A stretch of DNA of 64,000 bases, taken from assembly GCA_030658975.1 (NCBI GenBank), contig JAUSBL010000112.1, positions 14,248 through 78,247 on the forward strand. The letters run 5' to 3'. Every line of letters starts with the position of its first letter. The stretch's first letter is position 1. The notes beneath the pieces were generated by a model. That model ran no database searches. It worked only from the letters and a program-made list of their open reading frames with translations, and was not told the DNA's origin. Made by a program: the position numbers and the translations under genes. Shown here piece by piece: positions 1 through 10,669 of the stretch. Origin of the DNA: Candidatus Latescibacterota bacterium. GTDB taxonomy: Bacteria > Krumholzibacteriota > Krumholzibacteriia > LZORAL124-64-63.

Positions 1-7
1 GATCGAG

Positions 8-319
8 ATGGGCGTCGGCTTCGTGCTGCCGTTCCTGATGTTCTTCAGTTCGCGTGTGCGCCGCTCGCCCCGGCTGCTGTTCACCGCCGCGACGCTGGTG
101 ATCTTCGGCGTGGTCATGAACCGCATCGACGTGTTCCTGGTCGCTTACAAGCCCGTCTACCAGGTGAAACACTACTTCCCGGCCATCGGCGAGCTGGCGA
201 TCACCGCCGGTCTGGTCGCGTTTCTGATCTTCGCCTACCGCTTCGTCGTCCTGAACTTCCCGGTGATGCACGTCGAGGCGACGGCGTCACGGCAGGGGAA
301 GGAGGCTCCCCATGCGTAA
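8..319 (+). CDS. NrfD/PsrC-family integral membrane subunit, C-terminal fragment (gene starts upstream of window)
   Basis: ORF runs in from the window edge. Hydrophobic helices and C-terminal pattern typical of polysulfide-reductase NrfD-like quinone-interacting subunits. It overlaps the start of the downstream cytochrome gene, which suggests an operon. Confidence 0.4.
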   Translation: MGVGFVLPFLMFFSSRVRRSPRLLFTAATLVIFGVVMNRIDVFLVAYKPVYQVKHYFPAIGELAITAGLVAFLIFAYRFVVLNFPVMHVEATASRQGKEAPHA

Positions 320-1409
320 CGCGTTGCTCGTGTTGGTCGCCCTGGTGGCCCTGTCGGCGCCGGCCCTGGCGAGCCAGGAGCAGGGCCTCGACTGCACGCA
401 GTGCCACGCCTGCGCGCAGCCGAGCAAGGCCAATCCCTGCCTGAAGCAGGCGCACTGCCCGCGGCACGTCGAGACCGCCAAGCTGAAGGCCGACGAGGGC
501 CCCGACGTGATCATCCTGGACGACCTCGAGGACCTCTATGTCCCGGTCCGCTTCCAGCACCGCGCCCATGCGCGGATGGTGGCCATGGACAAGGGCTGCG
601 AGACCTGCCACCACTACACGCCGCCCAACTCGCCCCACCCTGCCTGCCGCGAGTGCCACCCCGCGGGCGCCCACGCCGAATCCCTGAAGCAGACCGGCCT
701 GAAGGGCGCCTACCACCGCCAGTGCCTGGGCTGCCACAACGACTGGGACGGCGACACCAAGTGCGCGAACTGCCACGAGAAGAAGCAGGGCGGGCGGCTC
801 GGCGGCGAGGCGACGGGCGTCTGCGAGCACAGCAACTACGAGCCCATCGAGATGAAGGAGCTCATCGAATTCTCGACCTCGTACGCCGAGGGCGACATCG
901 TCCCCTTCCACCACCGCAACCACGCCGAGAAGTACGAGCTCAACTGCTCCAGCTGCCACAAGGAGCAGAGCTGCGCCCGCTGCCACACCCACGGCGCCGA
1001 GTCGCACCCCATGGGCGAGCTGCAGAAGGTCGACCTCCACGACACCTGCTATCAGTGCCACGGCAAGCAGAACTGCGGGGAGTGCCACGGCCGCAAGGCA
1101 GACGACCTGTTCGACCACGCGTCGACGGGCTGGGCCCTGCAGTCGTACCACAGCAAGCTCCACTGCCGGGCCTGCCACGGCGACGCCAACATCTACGTGG
1201 CCCAGGACCGCACCTGCTCGTCCTGCCACGCGCAGGGCTGGGGAGCCGGCTTCGACCACGCGAAGGCGGGCGCTCCCCTGGACGACGTCCACGGCGAACT
1301 GTCCTGCGAGGATTGCCACACGGCGGGGATGGGCCAGAAGCCCGACTGCGCCGGCTGCCACGACGACGGCCGCGTCTACGACCGCCGCCGCGGGTTCGGG
1401 CAGGGATAA
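312..1409 (+). CDS. multihaem c-type cytochrome, 13 CxxCH haem-binding motifs, Sec signal peptide
   Basis: ATG at 312 preceded by AAGGAGG. N-terminal signal peptide MRNALLVLVALVALSAPALA. I count 13 CxxCH motifs (CTQCH, CETCH, CRECH, CLGCH, CANCH, CSSCH, CARCH, CYQCH, CGECH, CRACH, CSSCH, CEDCH, CAGCH) in 365 aa. Confidence 0.85.
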   Translation: MRNALLVLVALVALSAPALASQEQGLDCTQCHACAQPSKANPCLKQAHCPRHVETAKLKADEGPDVIILDDLEDLYVPVRFQHRAHARMVAMDKGCETCHHYTPPNSPHPACRECHPAGAHAESLKQTGLKGAYHRQCLGCHNDWDGDTKCANCHEKKQGGRLGGEATGVCEHSNYEPIEMKELIEFSTSYAEGDIVPFHHRNHAEKYELNCSSCHKEQSCARCHTHGAESHPMGELQKVDLHDTCYQCHGKQNCGECHGRKADDLFDHASTGWALQSYHSKLHCRACHGDANIYVAQDRTCSSCHAQGWGAGFDHAKAGAPLDDVHGELSCEDCHTAGMGQKPDCAGCHDDGRVYDRRRGFGQG

Positions 1410-1446
1410 GCGTGCCAGGGCCGCCGTTTGGTCAGGGGCCGCCCCC

Positions 1447-1476
1447 TTGACAGGGGGCGGTCCACCGTTCATTCTG
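1447..1476 (+). promoter_or_regulatory. putative sigma-70-type promoter (TTGACA at 1447-1452, CATTCT-like -10) within a GC hairpin, upstream of tRNA-Cys
   Basis: TTGACA sits in the loop of the inverted repeat GGCCGCCCCC/GGGGGCGGTC directly after the cytochrome stop. A weak -10 lies 17 nt downstream. Confidence 0.25.
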
Positions 1477-1492
1477 TGAGGCAGCCTTCCGG

Positions 1493-1567
1493 GGCGGCAT
1501 AGCCAAGTGGTAAGGCAACGGTCTGCAAAACCGTTAGTCCCCGGTTCAAGTCCGGGTGCCGCCTCCA
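1493..1567 (+). tRNA. tRNA-Cys (anticodon GCA)
   Basis: Cloverleaf readable: acceptor GGCGGCA/TGCCGCC, anticodon loop cuGCAaa, T-loop GGTTCAAGTCC, CCA encoded. Confidence 0.8.
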
Positions 1568-1663
1568 TCTCCGACGACCGGCCTGCGGGCCGGTCGTTCT
1601 CTTTTTCATCCCTCGGGCGCGGCGTTGACAGGATGCGGGCCGTGGCCGATGATCCGCGACGGT

Positions 1664-1751
1664 GCCGGGGTGGCGAAATTGGTAGACGCAAGGGACTTAA
1701 AATCCCTCGGAGCGTTGCTCCGTGCCGGTTCGAGTCCGGCCCTCGGCACCA
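1664..1751 (+). tRNA. tRNA-Leu (anticodon TAA), long variable arm
   Basis: GCCGGGGTGGCGAAATTGGTAGACGC D-arm, anticodon loop cuTAAaa, long variable arm, GGTTCGAGTCC T-loop, CCA encoded. Confidence 0.8.
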
Positions 1752-1786
1752 GACCTATCGGCACCAGACTTTCAGGGAGGATCGAT

Positions 1787-2932
1787 TTGCGCCTGGCCTT
1801 CCTGTCCATCGGCCGCCACATCCACACCGAGCGCTGGATCACCTGGTTCGTCGAACGCGGTCACGACTGCCACCTGCTGACCGTCCAGCCGGGGGAGGTG
1901 CCCGGCGTCACGGTCCACGACATCCGCGCGGGCGCCGGCCCGAAACCCCTGCGCTACGCCGCCTCGCTGCGGGTCGTACGCCGCGTGCTGGCCGACCTGC
2001 AGCCCGACCTGCTGAACACGCACTTTTTGACCGGCTACGGCTACTGGGGCCACTTCAGCGGCCGACATCCGAACCTGCTGACCGTCTGGGGCGACGACGT
2101 CTACGTGACGCCGCACGAATCGCCCCTGAAGCGCTGGCTGGCCTCGGCCGCGCTGCGCTCCTGCGACGCCCTGACCGGCGACTCCCGCGACATCCTGGAA
2201 GCCGCCGTGCGGCTCGGCGCGCGCCCGGACCGCGCCTTCCGGGTGCTCTGGGGCGTGGACTTCGAACGCTTCCGGCCGCAGGCGGCGCCGCAGTGGCGGC
2301 GCGCGCAGGGCTTCGCCGACGACGACTTCCTGGTCTTCTCGCCGCGCTCGTTCACGCAGCCCTACTACAACATCGACGTGGTGATCGAGGCCGCGGCGGC
2401 CGTCATGCGCCGCGAGCCGCGGGCCCGCTTCCTGTTCTCGGGCTACGAGGGCGACCCGGCCCCGTTCTGGGCGCTGGCCGAGCGGGCCGGCATCGGCGGC
2501 GTCACGCGTTTCCTCGGGCGCATCCCGCACGACGAGTTCGCCACGGCCCTGAACGCCTGCGACGCCTTCGTCTCGGTGCCGTCGGTCGACGCCACGGCGG
2601 TCAGCCTGCTGGAGGCCATGAGCTGCGGCCGCGCCATCGTGGTCTCGAGCCTGCCGTCCTCCACCGAGTGGATCCGCGACGGCGTCACCGGCCTGGTCGT
2701 GCCGCCGCGCGGCGCCGCGGAACTGGCCGACGCGCTGCTGCGCTTGGCCGCCGACCCGCAGCTGCGCCTGCGCTGTGGCGATGCGGCCCTGGCCCTGGCG
2801 CGGCGCGAGGCCGGCTTCGCCCAGAACATGGCCCACGTCGAGGCGATCGTGCAGGCCCTGGTCGCCGGCAGCGACGGCTGGCCCCGCGAGGTCGGCCTGC
2901 CGCAGCTGCGGAAAGCGGCGGGCCCGACATGA
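1787..2932 (+). CDS. glycosyltransferase family 4 (GT-B fold, Glycos_transf_1)
   Basis: Likely TTG start at 1787, 6 nt after GGGAGG. The ORF track start at 1556 would run through both tRNA genes. C-terminal GT1-type motifs present. Confidence 0.7.
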   Translation: MRLAFLSIGRHIHTERWITWFVERGHDCHLLTVQPGEVPGVTVHDIRAGAGPKPLRYAASLRVVRRVLADLQPDLLNTHFLTGYGYWGHFSGRHPNLLTVWGDDVYVTPHESPLKRWLASAALRSCDALTGDSRDILEAAVRLGARPDRAFRVLWGVDFERFRPQAAPQWRRAQGFADDDFLVFSPRSFTQPYYNIDVVIEAAAAVMRREPRARFLFSGYEGDPAPFWALAERAGIGGVTRFLGRIPHDEFATALNACDAFVSVPSVDATAVSLLEAMSCGRAIVVSSLPSSTEWIRDGVTGLVVPPRGAAELADALLRLAADPQLRLRCGDAALALARREAGFAQNMAHVEAIVQALVAGSDGWPREVGLPQLRKAAGPT

Positions 2933-3891
2933 AGCTGACCGTCGTCATCCCCAGCCGCGACAAGCTCCCGCTGCTGCAGCGCACGCTGGCGGCGCTCTGG
3001 AGCCAGGACCTGCCGGCGGAAGCCTGGAACGTCGTCGTGGTCGACGACGATTCCCACGACGGCACCGGGGCCTGGCTGGCCGCGGAGAGCGCGCGCCGGC
3101 AGGGGAGGCTCACCGTCGTGGCGCCCCCGCGCAACGTCGGCCGGGCCGCGGCCCGCAACCTCGGCGCGCTCGCGGCGACCGCCGATGCGGTGCTGTTCCT
3201 GGACGACGACATCGTGGCGCCGCCGGGTCTGCTGTCGGCCCACCTCGCGATCCTCGCGCGGCACCCCGGCGACGGGACCATCGGTCTGGTCCGCACCGCG
3301 CCGGACGTGATCGACGCGCCCCACTTCCACTACCTCGACACGCGGGGCGTGGCCAAATCGCGGCAGGCGACGGTGCCCGCGCGCTACCTCGTCACCCAGA
3401 ACACAGCGGTACCTCGGGCCGCCTTCCTGGCGGTCGGCGGCTTCGACGAGTCGTTCCGGGCCTACGGGTTCGAAGACATGGACCTGGGTTTCCGGCTGGA
3501 GGACGCGGGAGTCGAATTCCGGCCGCTGCTCGCGCCCGTGCCCGAACACGTCCATCACCACACGCTCGACCAGTGGCTGGCCAAGAAGCGGGAGTGCGGC
3601 CACGGCCCCCTGCAGCACCTGGCCCGGCGCCATCCCCACCGCCTGCGGGAGATGCGCCTCGATCTGCTGTTCGCACCCGGCGGCCAGCGGCCGGAGACGG
3701 CCTGCCTTCTGGCGCGTGGGCCCGTCACGGTGCTCGCCGCCGCACTGCGGGCGTTGGCCCTGCGCTGGCCCTGCGGTGACGGGTACCGGCCCCGGACCTT
3801 CCCGATGTACGCGCGCTGCCTGGATTTTCTGGTCCTGACAACCTACTGCCAGGGCCTGACAGATAAGGTGGCAGACCCCAATAGAGTCTGA
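2929..3891 (+). CDS. glycosyltransferase family 2
   Basis: ATG at 2929 overlaps the upstream stop (ATGA). Motifs VVIPSRD...VVVVDDDSHDGT...LFLDDD and DxD match a GT2 catalytic domain. Confidence 0.75.
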   Translation: MKLTVVIPSRDKLPLLQRTLAALWSQDLPAEAWNVVVVDDDSHDGTGAWLAAESARRQGRLTVVAPPRNVGRAAARNLGALAATADAVLFLDDDIVAPPGLLSAHLAILARHPGDGTIGLVRTAPDVIDAPHFHYLDTRGVAKSRQATVPARYLVTQNTAVPRAAFLAVGGFDESFRAYGFEDMDLGFRLEDAGVEFRPLLAPVPEHVHHHTLDQWLAKKRECGHGPLQHLARRHPHRLREMRLDLLFAPGGQRPETACLLARGPVTVLAAALRALALRWPCGDGYRPRTFPMYARCLDFLVLTTYCQGLTDKVADPNRV

Positions 3892-4080
3892 CGAGGCGTG
3901 ACGCGGGTACGCCAAAATGACGTAGTTGGAACTGCCTGAAATCTGACCGCCCGGCGACCTCCGCCATATCTCCATTGATAACAACATGATACCCGTCGTC
4001 CCGCGGGGCCGGCGCGTGGCACGCCCCTTGATGGGCTCTCTGCGGCTACGTAAATCCAACGCTGCGGAAGGAAGGCGATC

Positions 4081-6000
<1,920 letters not shown>

Positions 6001-6094
6001 ACAGCTTCGATCGAAAATAAGTGACGGCCGGGCAGGCAGTTAGCCTCCCGGCCCCAGTCGGCCGGAAAAGTGGAGTAAAAAGGGAAGATTAGTC

Positions 6095-6123
6095 TTGACA
6101 GTTCGTGACCAGCGCCTTAAAAT
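6095..6123 (+). promoter_or_regulatory. consensus sigma-70 promoter TTGACA-N17-TAAAAT upstream of the sigma factor gene
   Basis: TTGACA at 6095-6100, 17-nt spacer, TAAAAT at 6118-6123, about 125 nt upstream of the ATG at 6249. Confidence 0.45.
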
Positions 6124-6248
6124 CCCTGCGGTCGTGAGAATGAATTCAAGATTCAGAGTCGTGAAAGTTGGAACCCGGGACCGACGGGCCGCGTTAGCAG
6201 GACCATCGCATTGAAGACGGTAGGACGGGCGGAACCAGGAGGACGGCC

Positions 6249-7106
6249 ATGTACGAGATCGAGCTGAGCAGCGACCGTCGCGAAGATTCCAGCCTGCAGC
6301 ACTATCTGCAGACCATCGGACAATACAAGCTGTTGACCAAGGAAGAGGAATTCGAGCTGGCCCGCAAGATCCGCGCCGGCAGCAAGGAGGCGCTCGACCA
6401 CCTGGTCAACGCCAACCTGCGCTTCGTGGTCAGCGTGGCCAAGAAGTTCCTCAACCAGGGCCTCAGCTACATGGACCTGATCGCCGAGGGCAACATCGGC
6501 CTGATCACGGCCGCGAAGCGCTTCGACGAGCGCCGCGACTTCCGGTTCATTTCCTACGCCGTGTGGTGGATCCGCCAGGCCATCCAGAAGGCCATCGCGG
6601 AGCAGACCAACACCGTGCGGCTGCCCATCAACCGGACGCAGCAGGCCCAGCGCATGAAGAAGGCCGCCCAGCGCCTCGAGCAGAAGCACCACCGCAAGGC
6701 CGACGAGGAAGAGATCGCCACCGAGCTCGGCCTCACGACGCGCAAGATGAACCAGATCCGCAACGCCAGCCGCCCGCTGGCCAGCCTCGACGAGAGCGTC
6801 TACGAGGAGGAGGGCGTGACCCTCGCCGACACGCTCACCGACCCCGACGCCATGTCCCCGGAGTCGAACTTCGTCGAGAGCGAGATGCTCAAGGAGATGG
6901 AGGCCGCCCTGGGCCTGCTCTCGAAGCGGGAGCGCAGCATCATCGTGCGCTACTACGGGATCGGGGAGGACGAGCCGCAGTCCCTCGAGGTCATCGGGCA
7001 GGACATCGACCTCAGCCGCGAGCGGGTCCGGCAGATCCGCAACCAGGCCCTCGGCAAGATCCGCCAGGCCGTGGCCGGCGGCCGGCTGGTCGACTATCTG
7101 TCCTAA
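6249..7106 (+). CDS. RNA polymerase sigma factor, sigma-70 family (group-2-like; regions 1.2, 2, 3, 4; no region 1.1)
   Basis: Region 2 DLIAEGNIGLITAAKRFDERRDFRFISYAVWWIRQAI and region 4 HTH SLEVIGQDIDLSRERVRQIRNQALGKIR. No RpoH box (QRKLFFNLR) seen. SD CAGGAGGA. Confidence 0.85.
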   Translation: MYEIELSSDRREDSSLQHYLQTIGQYKLLTKEEEFELARKIRAGSKEALDHLVNANLRFVVSVAKKFLNQGLSYMDLIAEGNIGLITAAKRFDERRDFRFISYAVWWIRQAIQKAIAEQTNTVRLPINRTQQAQRMKKAAQRLEQKHHRKADEEEIATELGLTTRKMNQIRNASRPLASLDESVYEEEGVTLADTLTDPDAMSPESNFVESEMLKEMEAALGLLSKRERSIIVRYYGIGEDEPQSLEVIGQDIDLSRERVRQIRNQALGKIRQAVAGGRLVDYLS

Positions 7107-7111
7107 AGGGG

Positions 7112-7140
7112 TTGACAGGCCCGTCGCCGGGGCCTAATTT
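7112..7140 (+). promoter_or_regulatory. putative promoter TTGACA-N17-TAATTT for tRNA-Val
   Basis: TTGACA at 7112-7117, 17-nt GC-rich spacer that is itself an inverted repeat, TAATTT at 7135-7140, about 50 nt before the tRNA. Confidence 0.35.
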
Positions 7141-7190
7141 CGGCGGCGCGCAGGCATGTCCTGCACGACCCCATGTTCTGAACGACCCGT

Positions 7191-7267
7191 GGGCGATTAG
7201 CTCAGTTGGCTAGAGTACTTGCTCGACACGCAAGGGGTCACTGGTTCGAATCCAGTATCGCCCACCA
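7191..7267 (+). tRNA. tRNA-Val (anticodon GAC)
   Basis: GGGCGATTAGCTCAGTTGGCTAGAGT..., anticodon loop tcGACac, GGTTCGAATCC, CCA encoded. Confidence 0.85.
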
Positions 7268-7280
7268 ATCAGTTGCCAAG

Positions 7281-7314
7281 GATGAGGTGGCCCCAGGGAT
7301 CACCTCATCTTTTT
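7281..7314 (+). terminator. rho-independent terminator (9-bp stem GATGAGGTG/CACCTCATC followed by TTTTT) between tRNA-Val and the thrS RBS
   Basis: Perfect 9-bp inverted repeat with an 11-nt loop, then a T5 run. The thrS SD AGGAG begins 3 nt after it. Confidence 0.6.
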
Positions 7315-7330
7315 AAGTAGGAGCACAGCC

Positions 7331-9250
7331 ATGGCCCAGTACTCCCTGACCCTGCCCGACGGTTCCGTCCAGAGCGCCGAGGCCGGCGCCTCGTTCCGCG
7401 ACGTGGTGGGCGGGATCGGCGCGGGGCTGCTGCGCAACGCGCTGGCCGTGACCCACGCCGGGCGCCACTACGCCCTGGACGACGCGGTGCCGGGAGACGG
7501 GTCCCTGGCCGTGATCACGCGCGAATCCCCCGCCGGCCTGGACGCCCTGCGCCATTCGGCCGCGCACCTGCTGGCCTGGGCCGTGCAGGACCTGTTCCCG
7601 GAGACGAAGTTCGCCTTCGGCCCCCCGGTGGAGAACGGCTTCTACTACGACTTCGACCGCGAGCAGAACTTCACCGACGAGGACCTCGCGCGCATCGAGG
7701 CGCGGATGATCGAACTCGCCGCGACCAGGACGCCCGTGGTGCGCCGGGAGATCGACGCGGCGCAGGCCCGCGCGCTGTTCGCGGCCCAGCCCTACAAGCT
7801 CGAGCAGATCGAGAGCCTCGGCGACGCGCGTCTGTCGGCCTACGTCATGGGCGGTTTCACGGACCTCTGCGAAGGGCCGCACGTCCCGGACACCTCCGAC
7901 CTCAAGGCCGTCAAGCTGCTGAACATGGCCGGCGCCTACTGGCGCGGCGACAGCTCCAACCGCCAGCTGCAGCGGATCTACGGCACGGCCTTCTTCAAGA
8001 AGAAGGACCTCGACGCCCACCTGCAGATGCTCGAGGAGGCCCGCCGCCGCGACCACCGCCGCCTCGGTCGCGAGCTGGACCTCTACGGCATCATGGACGA
8101 GGCCGGGCCCGGCCTGTCGTTCTGGTTCCCGCGCGGCGACATCCTGCGCGACGAGATCATCACCTACTGGAAGCAGGTCCACCGCCGCGACGGCTACGTC
8201 ACGGTGACGACCCCGCACATCTCCCAGGCCGATCTCTGGGACACCTCCGGCCACATGCAGTTCTACCGCGAGAACATGTACGTGTTCGAGCAGGACGGCC
8301 GCCCGCACGTGGTCAAGCCGATGAACTGCCCCGGCCACATCCTGATCTACAAGCGCAAGAAGCGCAGCTACCGGAACCTGCCGGTGCGCTACGCCGAGCT
8401 GGGCACCGTCTACCGCGCCGAGCTGAAGGGGACCCTGCACGGGCTGATGCGCGTGCGCGGCTTCACCCAGGACGACGCCCACATCTTCTGCACCCCCGAC
8501 CAGCTCGAGCACGAGGTGAACAACGTCCTGGTGCTGACCCGCGAGATCCTCGGCGCCTTCGGCTTCAAGGAGTTCAAGGTCGAGCTGTCGGTCCGCGACC
8601 CCCTGAACAAGGACAAGTACGCCGGCACGGACGAGGAGTGGGAGATGGCCGAGCGCGCCCTGGTGCGCGCCATCGACGCGCACGGGTTCGCCTACACGCG
8701 CGAGGAGGGCGAGGCGGTCTTCTACGGCCCCAAGATCGACATCAAGCTCATCGACGCCCTGGGCCGCAAGTGGCAGGCCACGACCGTCCAGTTCGACTTC
8801 AACCTGCCCCGTCGCTTCGAGGTCAACTACGTGGACCAGGACGGCCAGGAGAAGTACGTCTACATGGTGCACCGGGCGATCATGGGCTCCCTGGAGCGCT
8901 TCATCGGGATCCTGACCGAGCACTACGCCGGCGACTTCCCGCTGTGGCTGGCGCCCGAGCAGTGCCGGATCCTGTCCGTCAGCCGCGACCAACACGCCTA
9001 CGCCGTCGAGGTCGCCGCCCGTCTGACCGCCGCCGGCCTGCGGGCCCACGCGGACGTCCGCGAGGAGAAGATCGGCCACAAGATCCGCGACGCCGAGACC
9101 ATGCGCGTGCCCTACATGCTGGTGGTGGGGGGCAAGGAGCAGCTGGCCGGGTCGGTGGCCGTCCGCACCCGCCACGGGGGGGACCAGGGGGTCCAGGAAG
9201 TGGGGGCCTTCGCCGCCGCCAGGCTTGACGAAGTGGCCCGCAAGCTGTAG
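7331..9250 (+). CDS. thrS: threonine--tRNA ligase
   Basis: TGS/second additional domain, class II core and anticodon-binding domain. N-terminus MAQYSLTLPDGSV. Confidence 0.95.
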   Translation: MAQYSLTLPDGSVQSAEAGASFRDVVGGIGAGLLRNALAVTHAGRHYALDDAVPGDGSLAVITRESPAGLDALRHSAAHLLAWAVQDLFPETKFAFGPPVENGFYYDFDREQNFTDEDLARIEARMIELAATRTPVVRREIDAAQARALFAAQPYKLEQIESLGDARLSAYVMGGFTDLCEGPHVPDTSDLKAVKLLNMAGAYWRGDSSNRQLQRIYGTAFFKKKDLDAHLQMLEEARRRDHRRLGRELDLYGIMDEAGPGLSFWFPRGDILRDEIITYWKQVHRRDGYVTVTTPHISQADLWDTSGHMQFYRENMYVFEQDGRPHVVKPMNCPGHILIYKRKKRSYRNLPVRYAELGTVYRAELKGTLHGLMRVRGFTQDDAHIFCTPDQLEHEVNNVLVLTREILGAFGFKEFKVELSVRDPLNKDKYAGTDEEWEMAERALVRAIDAHGFAYTREEGEAVFYGPKIDIKLIDALGRKWQATTVQFDFNLPRRFEVNYVDQDGQEKYVYMVHRAIMGSLERFIGILTEHYAGDFPLWLAPEQCRILSVSRDQHAYAVEVAARLTAAGLRAHADVREEKIGHKIRDAETMRVPYMLVVGGKEQLAGSVAVRTRHGGDQGVQEVGAFAAARLDEVARKL

Positions 9251-9358
9251 ATTGGTCCCGCGCCCGGAGATCCGGGCGCTACATCGCTAGCCAAGCAGAG
9301 GCCGGTCCTCTCACCGTTTTGCCCCCTTCGCGGCGGGAACGGTTGTGCGTTCTTCGTA

Positions 9359-9383
9359 GCGGACCGTCATGTCCGCTTTTTTT
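9359..9383 (+). terminator. rho-independent terminator or attenuator in the infC leader (GCGGAC-N6-GTCCGC followed by T7)
   Basis: 6-bp GC stem with a 6-nt loop followed by TTTTTTT. It lies between the thrS stop (9250) and the infC SD (9412). Confidence 0.6.
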
Positions 9384-9424
9384 GTGTGGCGCCGCGCCGC
9401 ACGGTCTTTTCAGGAGGTCAGGCG

Positions 9425-9946
<522 letters not shown>

Positions 9947-10029
9947 GGATCAGACAACGCAGCGACGGGAGCGGCGAGGCGCAGCCGCTCCGGTCATGGT
10001 CACGCGCCGCGTCCGAAAGGTGAGACATC

Positions 10030-10233
10030 ATGAAGGGTCCGAAGATGAAGACCAACCGGTCCGCCGCGAAGCGCTTCAAGCGCACCGGCTCCGGCGGCAT
10101 CAAGCGCAGCCACGCCTACGCCGGCCATCTGTTCACGGCCAAGAGCCCGAAGCGCAAGCGCAACCTGCGCAAGACGGCCATGCTCGACTGCGCCGACCAG
10201 GGTCGCGTCGAACGGATGCTGGGCGGCAAGTAG
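10030..10233 (+). CDS. rpmI: 50S ribosomal protein L35
   Basis: [29 protein letters not shown] matches L35. SD AAAGGTGAG. Confidence 0.85.
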   Translation: MKGPKMKTNRSAAKRFKRTGSGGIKRSHAYAGHLFTAKSPKRKRNLRKTAMLDCADQGRVERMLGGK

Positions 10234-10293
10234 CCGCGGCGTCGCCGCGCGAGCGGCGGGCAGGACCTCCCAACCCGATCAGGAGACAGAGAC

Positions 10294-10647
10294 ATGTCGA
10301 GAGCGACGAACAACCCCGCGGCGCGCGCGAAGCGCAACAAGGTGATGAAGCAGGCCAGCGGGAACGTGGCCGGCCGCGGCAACCAGTTCCGCATGGCCCG
10401 CCAGCAGGTCGAGCGCGGGCTCGTGTCCGAGTACCGCGACCGCAAGCGGCGCAAGCGGGACTTCCGGCGCCTCTGGATCATCCGCATCAACGCCGCGGCC
10501 CGCATCCACGGCCTGAGCTACAGCCACCTGATCAACGGCCTCAAGAAGGCCAGCATCGAGATCGACCGCAAGCAGTTGGCCGACCTCGCCGTCCGCGACA
10601 TGGACAGCTTCGCCAAGCTGGCCGACGCGGCACGCGCCGCACTGTAG
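10294..10647 (+). CDS. rplT: 50S ribosomal protein L20
   Basis: RDRKRRKRDFRRLWIIRINAAARIHGLSYSHLINGLKKASIEIDRKQLADLAV matches L20. Confidence 0.95.
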   Translation: MSRATNNPAARAKRNKVMKQASGNVAGRGNQFRMARQQVERGLVSEYRDRKRRKRDFRRLWIIRINAAARIHGLSYSHLINGLKKASIEIDRKQLADLAVRDMDSFAKLADAARAAL

Positions 10648-10669
10648 CCGCGCACGACGAGGAGGGACC

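Noticed and set aside
201-1691. 496-aa minus-strand ORF antisense to the multihaem cytochrome gene
   Set aside because: Arg/Ala/Gly/Pro-rich low-complexity translation typical of stop-free antisense frames in 70% GC DNA. The sense frame has 13 CxxCH motifs and a signal peptide.
1556-1786. N-terminal extension of the GT4 ORF through tRNA-Cys and tRNA-Leu
   Set aside because: It would translate across two tRNA genes. A TTG with a GGGAGG SD at 1787 is the sensible start.
3892-4080. Sigma-32 or CIRCE heat-shock elements upstream of dnaK
   Set aside because: Only partial matches (CCTGAAA-N19-GCCATATCT, CCCCTTGAT) with wrong spacing. No CIRCE inverted repeat. Reported as an open question rather than a feature.
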